Of a DNA stretch of 64,000 bases, positions 37,064 through 49,889 are shown piece by piece. Position 1 is the stretch's first letter, and the number at the start of each line of letters is the position of its first letter. The DNA is from Takakia lepidozioides. Lineage: Eukaryota; Plantae; Bryophyta. Below the pieces are notes generated by a model. That model saw only the letters and a program-made list of their open reading frames with translations, was not told where the DNA came from and did not search any database. The stretch is from the NCBI GenBank assembly GCA_030704615.1, contig CM060731.1:52080001-52144000 (forward strand), in the 5' to 3' direction. The position numbers were made by a program, and so were the translations under genes.

Positions 37064-39083
37064 TGTAGTGTGAATGCAAGAGGTAATATTCAAATTTTTG
37101 TTTGGCATCAAGATTCGGCACTGCTACGAAGGGAGTGCCCTGGAGCTAATGAGGGGAAGGAGTTATCCATGTCTAGAGGTAATTCCATGGGAACACTATG
37201 TTATTGCTCTGCCAGGACAAAATATGGCTAAGTTATGACATGCGCCTTTTTTCATCCCTAGGATGAATGATTTTCATCGATGATGTTTAACCCTAGAAAC
37301 TCGGGATGTGAAAAACGAAGGGGAAGAGTGCGTGCATCTTTTCGCAGCTGCTGCAGTGGTGTTGGCAGCACAGTATGTCTGAGAAAGTTCCACCTACGCA
37401 AGGGGAATCAGCTTGCTTTAAAGAGCAACGTTAAGGGCTCTTGCTTGGCATTCTGTGCAAGAGGAAGCGGTGCCGCCTTCTTCGTAAGTAATGATCAAAT
37501 CTGAAGATTCAGCATGTGATGAGAGCGGTGCACCACCGCTGCCGCCATTGTCTTGATGAGCAGTAATGAGGAGATGGAGCAGCTCAACAGCTGCCAGGGC
37601 AGGTGAAGTGCTGGCTGGTGTGGATGGCGAATCAGGTTATCTGTAATTAAAACTAGTTGCTTTCTGTCTTCTTGCTATAGGACCATATCAATGTTTAGGA
37701 GAGAATTGTACATATAACCATATAGTTAGTTGCCATAGGGTAGTTAGTTTGGCAAGCGATAGGGTTACTACCATGGGCTGAAACAGAGCCGTTATGACTC
37801 TCTGAACGCTTGAATCGACGAATATCTGAAAGGTGGGGTGGCAGAGATGATAGGATCTGACATGCATAGATCTTTGTTTTTAAACAACGTGGCATTCAAA
37901 CAACAAGAGGAGTTAGGGTAGTTGCTGACAGAGATGGTGAGGTGCCATTTCGGACAGGTAATCCCACCGCTTCAGCTGGAGTATAAGACAGCTAAGTTAA
38001 TAGAGACAAGGGGGGTTTTTTTTTACTGAGATAGATGTCGCTGAAATGATTGAAGGCTCTGGAGTTAGTGGAGAGAGTATGAGAACGTTTTGAAAAATGG
38101 AATGGAGTGGTGGCTTGGGCTTCAAACCAGAATGGTGTAGAGAGGATGAGAGATGATGCATGTCTTTGGGGAATGGTGATAGAAGGCAGATGCAGCCCAT
38201 CTACAATCAATGCATATATAGTGTTTGTCCTGCTTTTGATTTTATGATTCAACACACTGAATCTGGAGCAAACTGTGCATCAGTGTTTAGAGTTAAACAA
38301 ATCTGCAAAATGAACAGTATAGAGAGATTCACCAAGGGAATCGGTGCACTTGCTACAAGATAGAAATGAGGGAGAGGGTTTGTAACTGTCAGCATTAGGG
38401 TATGAGAATGAGGAGAGATTCTGTTTGGGAGGAGAGAAAAGCTAAGAGAGAATGTGGTGTGTACTTATGATTCCAAGGAGGATTTTTTGCGAAGGTCTCC
38501 ACTGGATGTGTGCCTTGGTATATCTGCATTGCATGTAGAGGGGCTGTCCGGTCTAATATAGGCACTTGCATCAGAAAGGGAGAGAAAACACTGGGAAGAA
38601 GAGAGATCCGTTTAGCAAAAGAATGATGAAGGGAGGGCCAGTTGAGAGATAAAGGAAACACCATGAGTTGCATAGAAATATCAGACCTGCACTGTATGGT
38701 AGATCCATGTTGCCTTGCATTTTCGGTGATTGCATGAAAACAAAGGGGGTTCAATGTAGATGCTACATGCAAATGGTGAACTCATAGGATGTCATTAACC
38801 CTCTGGTAAGCTGTTTGAGTGACCATATCAGCATGAGGACTAAGCTGGTGCAAGACAGAACCCTAGTCAGGCCTGTTGCACTATGCAGGAAACACCTTCA
38901 CTTGTCCCATCCATGTCTTCTCTTCCGCTGCGGCGTGGATGAGGGCTTTATGAACTCTGATCATAAACAGCCTGGATATAGCCAACCTGTGTGGGAGAAC
39001 CAGGATAACAACAAGACCTTGCACTAAGAACTAGATTAGAATTAGACAGAAGGGGATATATGCCCCCTTCTTTTCACACTACA
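37064..39083. mobile_element. 2020-bp non-coding insertion with 11-bp terminal IR and 4-bp TSD (solo LTR or Ginger-like non-autonomous element)
   Basis: TGTAGTGTGAA..TTCACACTACA flanked by CTGC/CTGC; host LTR sequence resumes afterwards. Confidence 0.88.
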
Positions 39084-39505
39084 CTGCCACTAGACAACCA
39101 CTAGTCACCACTAGTGCAGCCACTAGTCCACCACTAGTGCACCACTAGGCTGCCACTAGACAACCACTTGTCACCACTAGTGCAGCCACTAGTCCACCAC
39201 TAGGCTGCCACTAGCCACCACTAGTGCAGCCACTAGTCCATCACAATCATCCCCCTAGCTGGCGCTTAGGTCCCTCTAAGTCCAGGTAGCCACAAGATGT
39301 GATAATGGCCATAGCCTCACTAAGTCCTCCACCACTGTCCCTACTGCACTCAAACTCGATAGATCAAGAAGCCGGGTACAAGAGTTGCCCCATCGTTAGT
39401 CGCCATCTTGCAACATGTGAACTTGAGCCTGAGCTCTCGGGTATTGACTCCTATGAGCTTGGCCTCCCATGTCTTGTTAGCTGCCACTAGTCATATCCAC
39501 TGCCA

Positions 39506-40884
39506 CTATCCCAAGCAGTGTGAATATAACCAATATCCATTATGAACCCTCTCAAGATGTGGTGTCAAGCATCCCATGTGCCAACCTCTTGAGCATCGAT
39601 CACACACCAGCATAGTGGCGGCACCACAAGCACGCCCACATAGCATGCAATGCAATCCTGCAGGTACCACTGCAAGGTTGGGATCTATCCTCCCATCCAC
39701 ATGTGGAAGGTGACATGGCGCACAATTACGCACATGGTCCTTCCACACCATGCCATCTCGACCCTCCAGAATCAACACTTCTGAAGGCAACACCTCCCTG
39801 ACCATTAGAATCACACGTCCTGCTGTGACATCCAAGGTCGTAGGCGCTGTCTATTGCAGATACACATAGTCCCCAGGGTAGAAACGCCGAACACCTGGCC
39901 AATATCCCCCTCCACGTATAGTGACATACCTCAATATGTCTCGGTGTTGGGCAATAGCAAGGTTCTCAAAAGCCATAGGCATGACCCTCTTGAACAACTC
40001 TGCCCGTTGGGCACATGCTTGTGTCCACACATCCGGATCATCAAGGTTGAGGACTACTGCAGCCTCCCTGCGAATAGATGCAGGCAAATCCGGCTCTCGG
40101 CCAAAGAGAAGGAAATATGGTGAGAAAGAGGCAGTGCTAAACCTGTAGCCCATGGCTAACCAAGGTACCTGAAGATCCCAGTCTCCTAGGTGTCCCTTTT
40201 GCAAGCCATACTTGCGCAAACCCCTCTTCACTGTCTGAACCACTCTCTATGCTAAGCCATCGGCCTCAGAATGGTCCCGAGAAGTGGTACGGTGGTCTAT
40301 CAAGGCTTTATCACACAAAGCCTGAAACTCCCCCAAGAACTCTTTCCCTTGGTCCGTGAGTACCTCAGCTGGAGCACCGAATGGACTAAGCACACGATCC
40401 AGGAATGCATACGCAGCCCCCTCACTAGCCTTGTCAGGCAATGGAACCAACTCAATCCACTTGGAGAAGTGTTCCACCATCACCAACACATATCTGTGGT
40501 GGCGCATCGTCAGTGGCAACGGCCCTGCGAAGTCAAGACTCCACCTGTAGCCCAATCCCATGATGGGTAAAAGATGCAATTGTGGTGTAGGGGCGTTGAA
40601 TGAAGCACGCACCCTGTCACACACCATGCACCTAGCCACAAATTGTTGCACCTCTGTGTGCATACCACGCCACCAATATTGCCCCTGCAGTAGACTATGA
40701 GTGCGTCGCACTCCACAATGCCCCAACTCCTCATGGGCATGCTGCACTACCGTGCACGCTATGTTGGGTGAGGCACGATCCTCACCCGACCATCCTCCCA
40801 CACTCGAAGCATGTGTATTCCTTCCCACTTGAACCTCTTGGCTCGTTGTAGGATCCCATCCCTCTCCTTGGTAGTCACACTAGC
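39506..40884 (-). pseudogene. pol: Gypsy integrase with C-terminal PHD finger
   Basis: HEELGH..CMVC, WSLDFAGP, LTDQGKEF; CMLC..CDRCSRGWHMGC..W..xxC; in-frame stops. Confidence 0.88.
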
Positions 40885-42922
40885 GAGGTTTGCTATTTCA
40901 TGAGCATGAGCGGCATGAGCGGCATGAGCGGCATGAGCGGCATGAGCGGCATGAGCAGAGTAGTAAGACAATCGGTTTTCATGAGCACAAGTACAAATTT
41001 CGAAAATAAAAAACAATAAAAAACAATAATTTAATGCAATGTGTAAGGAAAAACAAATATATTATTCGGCCCCTTGAAGGGAAAATTGCAGTTTTGACAG
41101 TTGTGCTCATGATATTTCGTCTTCCGCTCATGCCAATTCCCAGCGACATGTGCAAATATGGCGCCGAATTTCGCGGTAATAGGGTCCGTAACCTGAAAAA
41201 ACGGCGACGTATTTCGCGGTAATAGGTCTCTCTGCAAAAAATGGTGCCGAATTCCGCGGCTATAGGTCCCCTCATGACAGGTAATTCGGCGCCATTTTTC
41301 CAGTGCATGTTCGGACTTAGCCAGTTTTCGGCGCAAAATAGGGAAATTCGGCGCCCATTTTTCGAGACACTAACCAGTGCATGTTGGGACTTAGTCAGTT
41401 TTCGGCCCAAAAGAAATTTGGCGCATTTTCCACACGGTACCAGTGCCGTTGGACTTAGCCAGTTTTCGGCCCAAAAAAGAGAAATTCGGCGCCATTTTCC
41501 CAGACACAATACCAGTGCATGTTGGGACTTAGCCAGTTTTCGGCCCCAAAAAGAAAATTCGGCGCCATTTTTCCAGAAATGGCCCCACAACTGCTTCTGT
41601 TGGATCTCAGTTTGAATGGAATATTGCCTCATTCCAGGAGTTTTGGGTGCATTTCATTACACTGCAAAAAAAAGTCTGATACAGCAAAATGCAATTGAAA
41701 ATATCCATATGGAGGATTCTCTTTGCCCCATCAATGATTTCTGGAATCCCTAAGGAGGAGTTTGTGCAGCTCGTTCACGCTCAACGCCGGTGCATGAATA
41801 AAGTCATTAATAGTCACGTTCATCCTCAACCTCTTTAGGTAAATGTAATACAGATGCTTGCACGGATAATACTTGGAACCCTTCTTTGCTTCCATCAACG
41901 AGAAGTCCGTACAATTGCAAGTCGGCTCCACTCCAATCGTAATTGTGTATACATCGTCGCGTATAGCCGAGCCGGCCGTTGCCATCCGATACACACGCCC
42001 AAGGCCGGGTGGGGGTACGTCCACGGAGCTCTGAATAGTGCAAGCCATCCCAAGAGCATTGGCAATCCGAGTCTCATTCAACTTGTTGGGAGGGTGTCGT
42101 CTCTTCACTCTTCACTCTTCCGAATCGCATTGTGGGATGTGCAGAATTGTCCAATCCGTCTCTACTGGACCGAGCAGTCTGTAATGGTTGGGCCTGAGGA
42201 ACCGGAAATGCGTGGGCTGGGATGTCTGTGTGTTGCACCATTCAAAATCCTGCTGCAGATAGAGCATCCGCCTCATTCTGAGAGGGCTGCAACCCGGTGC
42301 AACAGGCCAGACGCCCGGAGGCTCCGGCATTCCCTGAATCTCGTGCTTGGGCTTGCCAAATACACAGGTCATTATATCGTGCCTACAGAACCAAAATGTC
42401 TGCGTTGTGGCGTGAGCAAATGTGGGAGTCAAAATCTGCCGCTGAAACAAGGTGCAGGTACAACACCGTGTGGGTTCCTCCGAATCATCTCACCACAGCG
42501 TGCTCTCGTATCCACCCGGATGGCGCAGCACTTCCCTCGAAATGCCGGCAATGTCCTCACAATTCTCCACTGTGACTCCGACACTCTTGTCTCCACAATG
42601 GGAATGTACTGCTTTACTACAATGGCTCGTTATGTTGCCGGGGCAGCGCCCTGTGCTCAAAGGAGATGGCGATCTTGAACGTGCAGGACTTGCGGTGCTC
42701 GACGAGACCTCCTCGGGCAACATCACCGGACCACGAGGGAGCGTGCGAATATCTTGTCAGCTCGCCATGAATCCTCTTCTCCGCCAGGTGCCTCGTCAAG
42801 TCTTCGTCTCACTGGACGGGTATGAACATCTCCTTTCAGATGTTGGCATCTTCGCAGCAATGGCGTGTCCCGAAGGCCCTCTCGCAAGGCTGCCGCCCAC
42901 TTCCGAGGATTCTTCGATCTAG

Positions 42923-45900
42923 TGTCGCACACCTCACTTCGGTAAACTCCCCTTCAAGTCATAGTTACTCGCTTTGATGCGCGCACCTGACTCCCAACCT
43001 GGCCGCCGGGCCAACTTGGAGTTTCGGCTGCTCACCGGGACATAACGGTCCCCTTCCGCTTCCCTCTAAACCCTCCACCTATTTGGGACTAGGAAATTCC
43101 CTTTGGTAGATGGCAGTCCGGAACAGCTCCCCACTCTTTGGTCGCTTTCCGGCTCGCTCGCTTACTCACTAGTTTTTGGTCACCAACGGGCTTGCACCGT
43201 TCTCGGGGTTACTACTCCCTATATATACTTCTGTAGCTGTCCGCGGGGTTTCACAACCAGCCATGCCATTTTATGGCGAACCACCACGAAAACCCTCGAC
43301 TCCCGGTGGTGAGTCGCGGTGAGTCTTGGCCCGCTCACCACGGCCCCTATGGACCGTGATGAGTCCCAAGACTCCCCACGACTCCCACCACGAGGTCTCC
43401 CCCCCCATGGTGAGTCCTATGCCACCCCCACTAAGTCCCACTAAGCTACCACCACCCCTTGTGGAGCCACCCCCACCGCAACCCGGTGTGCGGGGCTCCA
43501 CCTAGTGAGCGCCTCCGCTTCCCTGAGTGCCTTGGGCACTCAAGGGTGCTCAGCCCCCCATACCTATCGCTGCCGCTGCCCCCCCACACGGGCAGCCCCT
43601 CATGTGTCCCGACCCCCTGCCCTCAAGGCAAAGGGCCGCGACACACACCCCTACCAACAGGGAGTCGATGTCCTCATCGACTTGTCCATTTTGTAGAAAC
43701 GAACATCCAAGTTGTGGCGTCCCACATCAAGGAGTTTGTTTTCCTACCATGGCGTCCCATGGCAAAGAACCAAACCCCACACTTGACTCTACTCTCCACT
43801 AGCTAGTTCGGCCGACTTCCTCCAAGTCCCGGCCAAGGGTGGAGCCTCTCCAGCTCCTCCCAGTGCACTCTTCTTGGCCTACTTCAAGGCCAAGGAACGA
43901 TCCTCCCCGAGGATCGAATCGCCTTACTGCAACAACATTGCTTGCGATCGCTCATGATGCCGCTTTTGGCATCACCTGAGCAAGGGTTCACCTGGAACCT
44001 CTTTGACTAGGAAGATAACCTTGAACCAACCGTGCGCCCCAATCACTACAATTGGGTCCGCCTTGGAATGCTGGCCTGAGGTACGGGAACACGCCGAAGC
44101 CGCACTACGACTTCGTCCCGAGGCTACACGATTATAGTACGTGAACGGAAGCACGTAGCTTCCGCGTTAGCCCGCACTACAAGGCAACCCCCTCGGTAGC
44201 GCAGTTATAGTACGCGCACGCGCCAGGTGCGCACTAGCACGTGAACTCCCAAATAAGGCGCAAGTTTCTTGCCCCTGGGATGGGAGTCACCCGATTTTGG
44301 CATGCGCAAACACACGATTAACCAATTTATCTCATCACCACTTTGGTAGCTAGCATTGCATTCTACATACTAAGCAACCGCACCATGGCATCCCCATTCC
44401 AAAACACAATAGGACGCACAATATTTGGAACCCACTTTCTTTATAACACATTTTTGTACAATACAAGTTTTTTGCAATCGGATTCCTGAGCTAGCTAAAC
44501 CGGGCTAAGCATGCATTTCCTCCCCCACGCTCCAAGGTTGATGTCCCCATCAACGTTTTCTTCCGCTTTTGAGGTCGCCCTTCGAACGCTGCGCTGCAAC
44601 TGCCTCGGATGCGTTTCCCATTTCTGAGGCACGCACCCAAGATGCCTCCACAAGATGATAGCCCTTCCATTTGACGAGATACTCCGTTTCTCGGTTCTTG
44701 AACCTCCTCGACTTAAGTATTGCCTCCACCTCGTACTCAGGTTTCATTTTCATGATCCAACAGCATAGGTGGCGGACGCAACACTTGCTGCCGATTTGGA
44801 CGTGCTTCATCTTTGAAGTAAGGCTTCAAAAGGGAGACATGGAATACTGGGTGCACCTTGCTGTTTGCCGGCAGCTCCAATTCATACACATCCTCATTCA
44901 TAACTCTCCGAATGCGAAAGGGACCCGCATACGGAGGTACGAACTTCGGACTCACTTCCGGAGGTAGTCGAAAATTCTTGATGTTCAACCAGACCTCTGT
45001 GCCTGCCTCAAACTTCACTTCCCTCCGCTTCCGATTCGCCTGCCTTTCATACCATTCCTAGCTTTGGCAATGTTGTACTTTGCGAGCTTCAACAAACGCT
45101 CGCGTTTTTCCAGTACCGCCGCTACTGCCGGTTCCTCAACGTCTGGGCGGCCCAACTGTCGGCACCAGAGGTGCTTTTCCATAGACCAACACAAAAGGGG
45201 AAACTCCCGTCGCGGAGTGTTCTTGTTATTATAACAGAACTCTGCCGCGTCTAAGTGTTCCATCCAGTCTGATTGGTCTGCCGACACTAATTCCGCAAGA
45301 ATTGCTTCACTACGGAATTCACTCTTTCCGTTTGGCCGTCCGTCGTAGGTCGGAAGGCGGTGCTCATCTTCAGCCTCGTCCCCATCTTCTTCCAAAGTGC
45401 TCTCCAGAATTTACTCGTAAACTTTGGATCGCGGTCCGAGACAATATCCTTCGGGACTCCATGATGCTTTAAGACGTGGGCGAAGTAAAGTCGCCCTGTC
45501 TCCTGCGCCGTTGCCGTCTCCTTGGTGGGGATGAAATGGGCCATTTTACTGAACCTATCTACCACCACCATGATTGCATCGAATCCTTTTGACATCGGCA
45601 TAGCAGTCATGAAATCCATCGAGACGCTTTCCCAAGTCCCCTCTGGAATCGGCAAGGGTTGTAACAGGCCCGCTTGCTTTTTGTACTCGCTCTGGTTTTG
45701 TTGGCATGTGGTGCATGTCTTGACATACTCCTTTGCCTCCTCCTCAGTTTGGCCAGAAATACTCTTCTTCAAGAGTGCCGCAGTGCGCTTGGCTCCACCG
45801 TGGCCCGCAAGCGGGCTATCATGGCATTCTCTCAAGAGACTATCCCTGATCCCTCCCTTCGGCACGTAGAGACGTTTTTGCTTATACCGGAGCAGTCCAT

Positions 45901-48900
45901 TCTGCAAGTGGAACTGCGATTTAACCCCCATCCTCAAGTCCTGCATCACGGACTTCGCCAGCTCATCCTTCCTACAAGCCTTCCGGATCTTCCTTTGGAG
46001 CGCCGTCTCGCCCTTGTACACCAACAAGAGCTGCTGCTTTCTACTTAAAGCATCGGCCACCACATTGTCCCGTCCCGGTTTGTACTGGATATCCACGTCG
46101 AACACTGCCAAAGTATCTTGCCACCTAAGTTGTTTTGGGGACAACTTGGGCTGCGTGGCAAACTACTTCACCGTGACATTGTCCGTGAACACCTTCACTG
46201 GGTTGGAACCAACATAGTGGCGCCAGAGTTCAAGGCAATGCACCACCGCCTTCATCTCTTTTTCGTGCGTTGGCCACCGTCGCTCCACTTCATTCAGTTT
46301 CTTACTTTCGTAAGTCACTGGACGTCCATCTTGCATAAGTACACCCCCAATTGCGAAGTCCGATGCATCTGTATGAATCTCAAACGGACGATCGAACTCC
46401 GGGATTTTCAAGACTGGAGCTTCCGTCATCCGCTGCTTCAATTCAGCAAAAGCTTGGCCACAAAATGTGTTCCATACCTAGACTTTGGATTTACACAGAA
46501 GGTCCGACAGCGGCCCCGCGATCTTGGCGAAATTTCTCACATACTTCCGGTAATAGGAGGCGAGTCCTAGGAAGGATCGCACTCCCGGGACCGAAGTCGG
46601 AGGCTCCCAGTCCAAGATCGCCCTCACCTTTCTGTCATCCATTTTGATCCCATCCTGTGTAATCACATGCCCCAAGAACTCCACTTTTGTGACCCCGAAT
46701 TCGCACTTTGAAGCTTTGGCATACAGCTTCCCTTCTCGCAATTTCTGGAACACCCTTTTGAGATGCTCCAGGTGCTCCTCCTTTGTTTTCGAGTACACCA
46801 AGATGTCGTCGATGTACACGATCACGAAGTCATCCAACCACTCTTGGAAAAGGCTGTTCATCAGCGTGCTAAATGTCGCTGGTGCATTGGTGAGCCCAAA
46901 AGGCATCACCAAAAACTCATATGAACCATACCTTGTCCTGCACGCGGTCTTCTCCTCATCTCCTTCTGCCACCCCGAATTTGTGATAGCCGGGCGCAAGT
47001 CGATCCGGCTGAAATACTTCGCTCCTGCCAACCGATCGAAGAGGTCGTCGATCCTTGGCAAAGGGTACCGGTTTTTGATAGTCACCTTATTCAGAGCCCT
47101 GTAATCGACACACATCTGCAGCGTCCCATCCTTCTTGTCTGCAAATAGCACCGGGGCTCCGTAAGGTGACTTACTCGGCCGGATGTACCCCTTTGACATT
47201 AGATCCTTGAGCTGAGTCTTCAGCTCGACCAACTCTCTGTGGCTCAACCGGTAGGGCGCCTTGGCAGGCGGTCCCACTCCCGGTATCACCTCAATCTTGT
47301 GGTCAACTCCTCTTCGCGGTGGCAAGCCGCTTGGTAAGTCCTCCGGCATCACATCTTGGTATTTCTCCAAAATCCCCTTGATCCAATCTGGGCTCGGCTC
47401 CCCATCGCCTTCCTCCTTTCACTTCTCTAATGTAAAGCAAAAACTGGGACTCGTGTGCCTCCTCCATGGCCCACTCCTTTGCTGACAGAAGGTTTATTCG
47501 CCCTCCCACGGATTTGGGCGTTTCCGAAACTCGTAAACCTCGCCACCATTCCCACATGGCAGCGTGACTACTCTCTTGTGGCCATCTATGACCGCTCCGG
47601 ATTTGCTCAAAAAGGTCATCCCTAAAATGAGATCCACTCCATCGATCTCGCAGATAGTGAAGTTCTCACGTCCCTCCCAACTCCCCAGTTGAAGAGGAAC
47701 ATCAAACGCCAACCTTGTCGCCAACTGAGGTTCTCCTTTGGCAGAGCGCACCTCAATAGAGGCCCCCATGTCACTTGTCGGGAGTCCCAACTTTCGCGCC
47801 GCCACCGGCGTCATGAAGGAGTGCGACGCTCCTGTGTCCACCAACAACGACACGTTAGTTCCGGAATTATCCCATCCACGAACAATAATTGACTCCCTTT
47901 TCGCAGGGCGCCAGTTTCCTGATACAACTCACAAAATAGTTGCCTACCTTGCAAGTCCTGGCGACTACCGCTTCCACCAAGCGACTGATGGTATCTTCTG
48001 ACAGCTCCGTGGTCGCCCGAGTCATGTTCAATTGCCGGGGCTTCGTGCACTTCTTGGCCATGTGCCCGGGCTCCCCGCAATTGAAACACACTCCATCAAA
48101 GGTCGCCTTCTGTCCGCCATAAGCCGCTCCACCCGCTTTTCCTTTCGAAGCACCGGGTGCCGCCTTGACGTGTGAAGGACCTCCCTTCGATTTCCACGTG
48201 CCATTTTTGCCGCGTGGCCTATCCCACTTCTTTTCCGGTCGGGAGGAGTCACCTTCCCGCCGGGTCTTCTTGTGGTTCAGCTCCGTACGGCCTTGTCTCT
48301 CACCCCTAGGGACATCCAAGAAACATTCAGCTCTCTCAATTGCCTCGTTCAAAGTCTTGGGTGGCTTCTCCTCCAACTTCCGCCTAGCCCATGGGGCCAG
48401 TCCTGCCACAAAGTTGAAGACCATTTCTGGTTCTGCCATGTCCGCGACTTCGAGCAACAGCACATTGAAAGCCTGGACATACCCCGAATGTCGTCTGTTT
48501 GCTTCAAATTCCTCATCTTGTCCCGGGCAAGCCAGGATGCGTTGAGGGGCACAAACTGTCTCTTCATCAATTCCTTGAACCCACTCTAGTTCAAGGTTTC
48601 CGGGCTTGGGCCTCGGTCGTGAAGGCGTTTCTTCTTCTGCCACCATTGTTGAGCATAGCCCCTCAAATAGGTGGGAGCCACTTCCACCCGATCCTCGTCA
48701 CTCACTTGGCCGCCCGGAAGTACTGCTCTAGCTCCAGGAGCCAGGTGTTGAGTGCCTTCCGGTTTCGAACGCCCTCGAAGGTGCCGGGTTCCTTAGGCTT
48801 CACCTTAAACTTTGCCTTAGTGGAAGTGGCATTAGCCGCCTTCAACACGTCTTTCAACGTCCCGCCAAACTGCGCCAACAACCCTTCCCAAAAGGCTGCC

Positions 48901-49889
48901 GGCATGGGAGGTCTCTTGGTTTGTCGGAGCTCTCAAGGATTCCTCGGGCTCCGACTCCTCGGATTCCTCCCGCTCCTGAGCGGCCTCGTTTTCGGAAACA
49001 TTCATTGCTTCCTCAAACGGCCGCCTCGGTGACACGTCGCCCCCATCGGGCTCACCGGGATCATCATCTTTTGGGCCGTTCCGCTTTCGCTTCGGCTTGC
49101 CCGACCCCATGATGAGGCCAATCCCAAGGACGATCGCGTACTGAACTCTAAGCTCTGATACCAAATGTCGCACACCTCACTTCGGTAAACTCCCCTTCAA
49201 GTCATAGTTACTCGCTTTGATGCGCGCGCCTGACTCCCAACCTGGCCGCCGGGCCAACTTGGAGTTTCGGCTGCTCACCGGGACATAACGGTCCCCTTCC
49301 GCTTCCCTCTAAACCCTCCACCTATTTGGGACTAGGAGAATTCCCTTTGGTAGATGGCAGTCCGGAACAGCTCCCCACTCTTTGGTCGCTTTCCGGCTCG
49401 CTCGCTTACTCACTAGTTTTTGGTCACCAACGGGCTTGCACCGTTCTCGGGGTTACTACTCCCTATATATACTTCTGTAGCTGTCCGCGGGGGTTCCACA
49501 ACCAGCCATGCCATTTTATGGCGAACCACCACGAAACCCTCGACTCCCGGTGGTGAGTCGCGGTGAGTCTTGGCCCGCTCACCACGGCCCCTATGGACCG
49601 TGATGAGTCCCAAGACTCCCCACGACTCCCACCACGAGGTCTCCGCCCCCATGGTGAGTCCTATGCCACCCCCACTAAGTCCCACTAAGCTACCACCACC
49701 CCTTGTGGAGCCACCCCCACCGCAACCCGGTGTGCGGGGCTCCACCTAGTGAGCGCCTCCGCTTCCCTGAGTGCCTTGGGCACTCAAGGGTGCCTCAGCC
49801 CCCCATACCTATCGCTGCCGCTGCCCCCACCACAGGGGCAGCCCCTGATGTGTCCCGACCCCCTGCCCTCAAGGCAAAGGGCCGCGACA
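42923..49889 (-). mobile_element. Full-length Ty3/gypsy chromovirus, 6967 bp
   Basis: Near-identical LTRs 49166-49889 and 42923-43643 (TGTCGC..GCGACA), TSD TCTAG, PBS TGGTATCAGAGC 49152-49163 (tRNA-iMet), PPT next to 43643. Confidence 0.97.
44550..49110 (-). pseudogene. gag-pol: gag-pol: Gag with CCHC, protease, RT, RNase H, integrase, chromodomain (frameshifted as assembled)
   Basis: CFNCGEPGHMAKKC; LVDTGASHSF; YIDDILVYS; TDASDFAIG; SMDFMT; YEVEAIL..YLVKWKGY. Confidence 0.95.

Larger units (their letters stand above)
36949..40884 (-). mobile_element. 3' part of a gypsy element: 3' LTR (36949-39245, interrupted), PPT and integrase; cut by A copy 2
   Basis: TGTCGTG..TCACA termini, adjacent purine tract on the minus strand, CCACTAG repeats. 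Confidence 0.85.

Noticed and set aside
37280-39027. Short ORFs as a possible host gene
   Set aside because: No motifs, and they lie inside a TSD-bounded insertion
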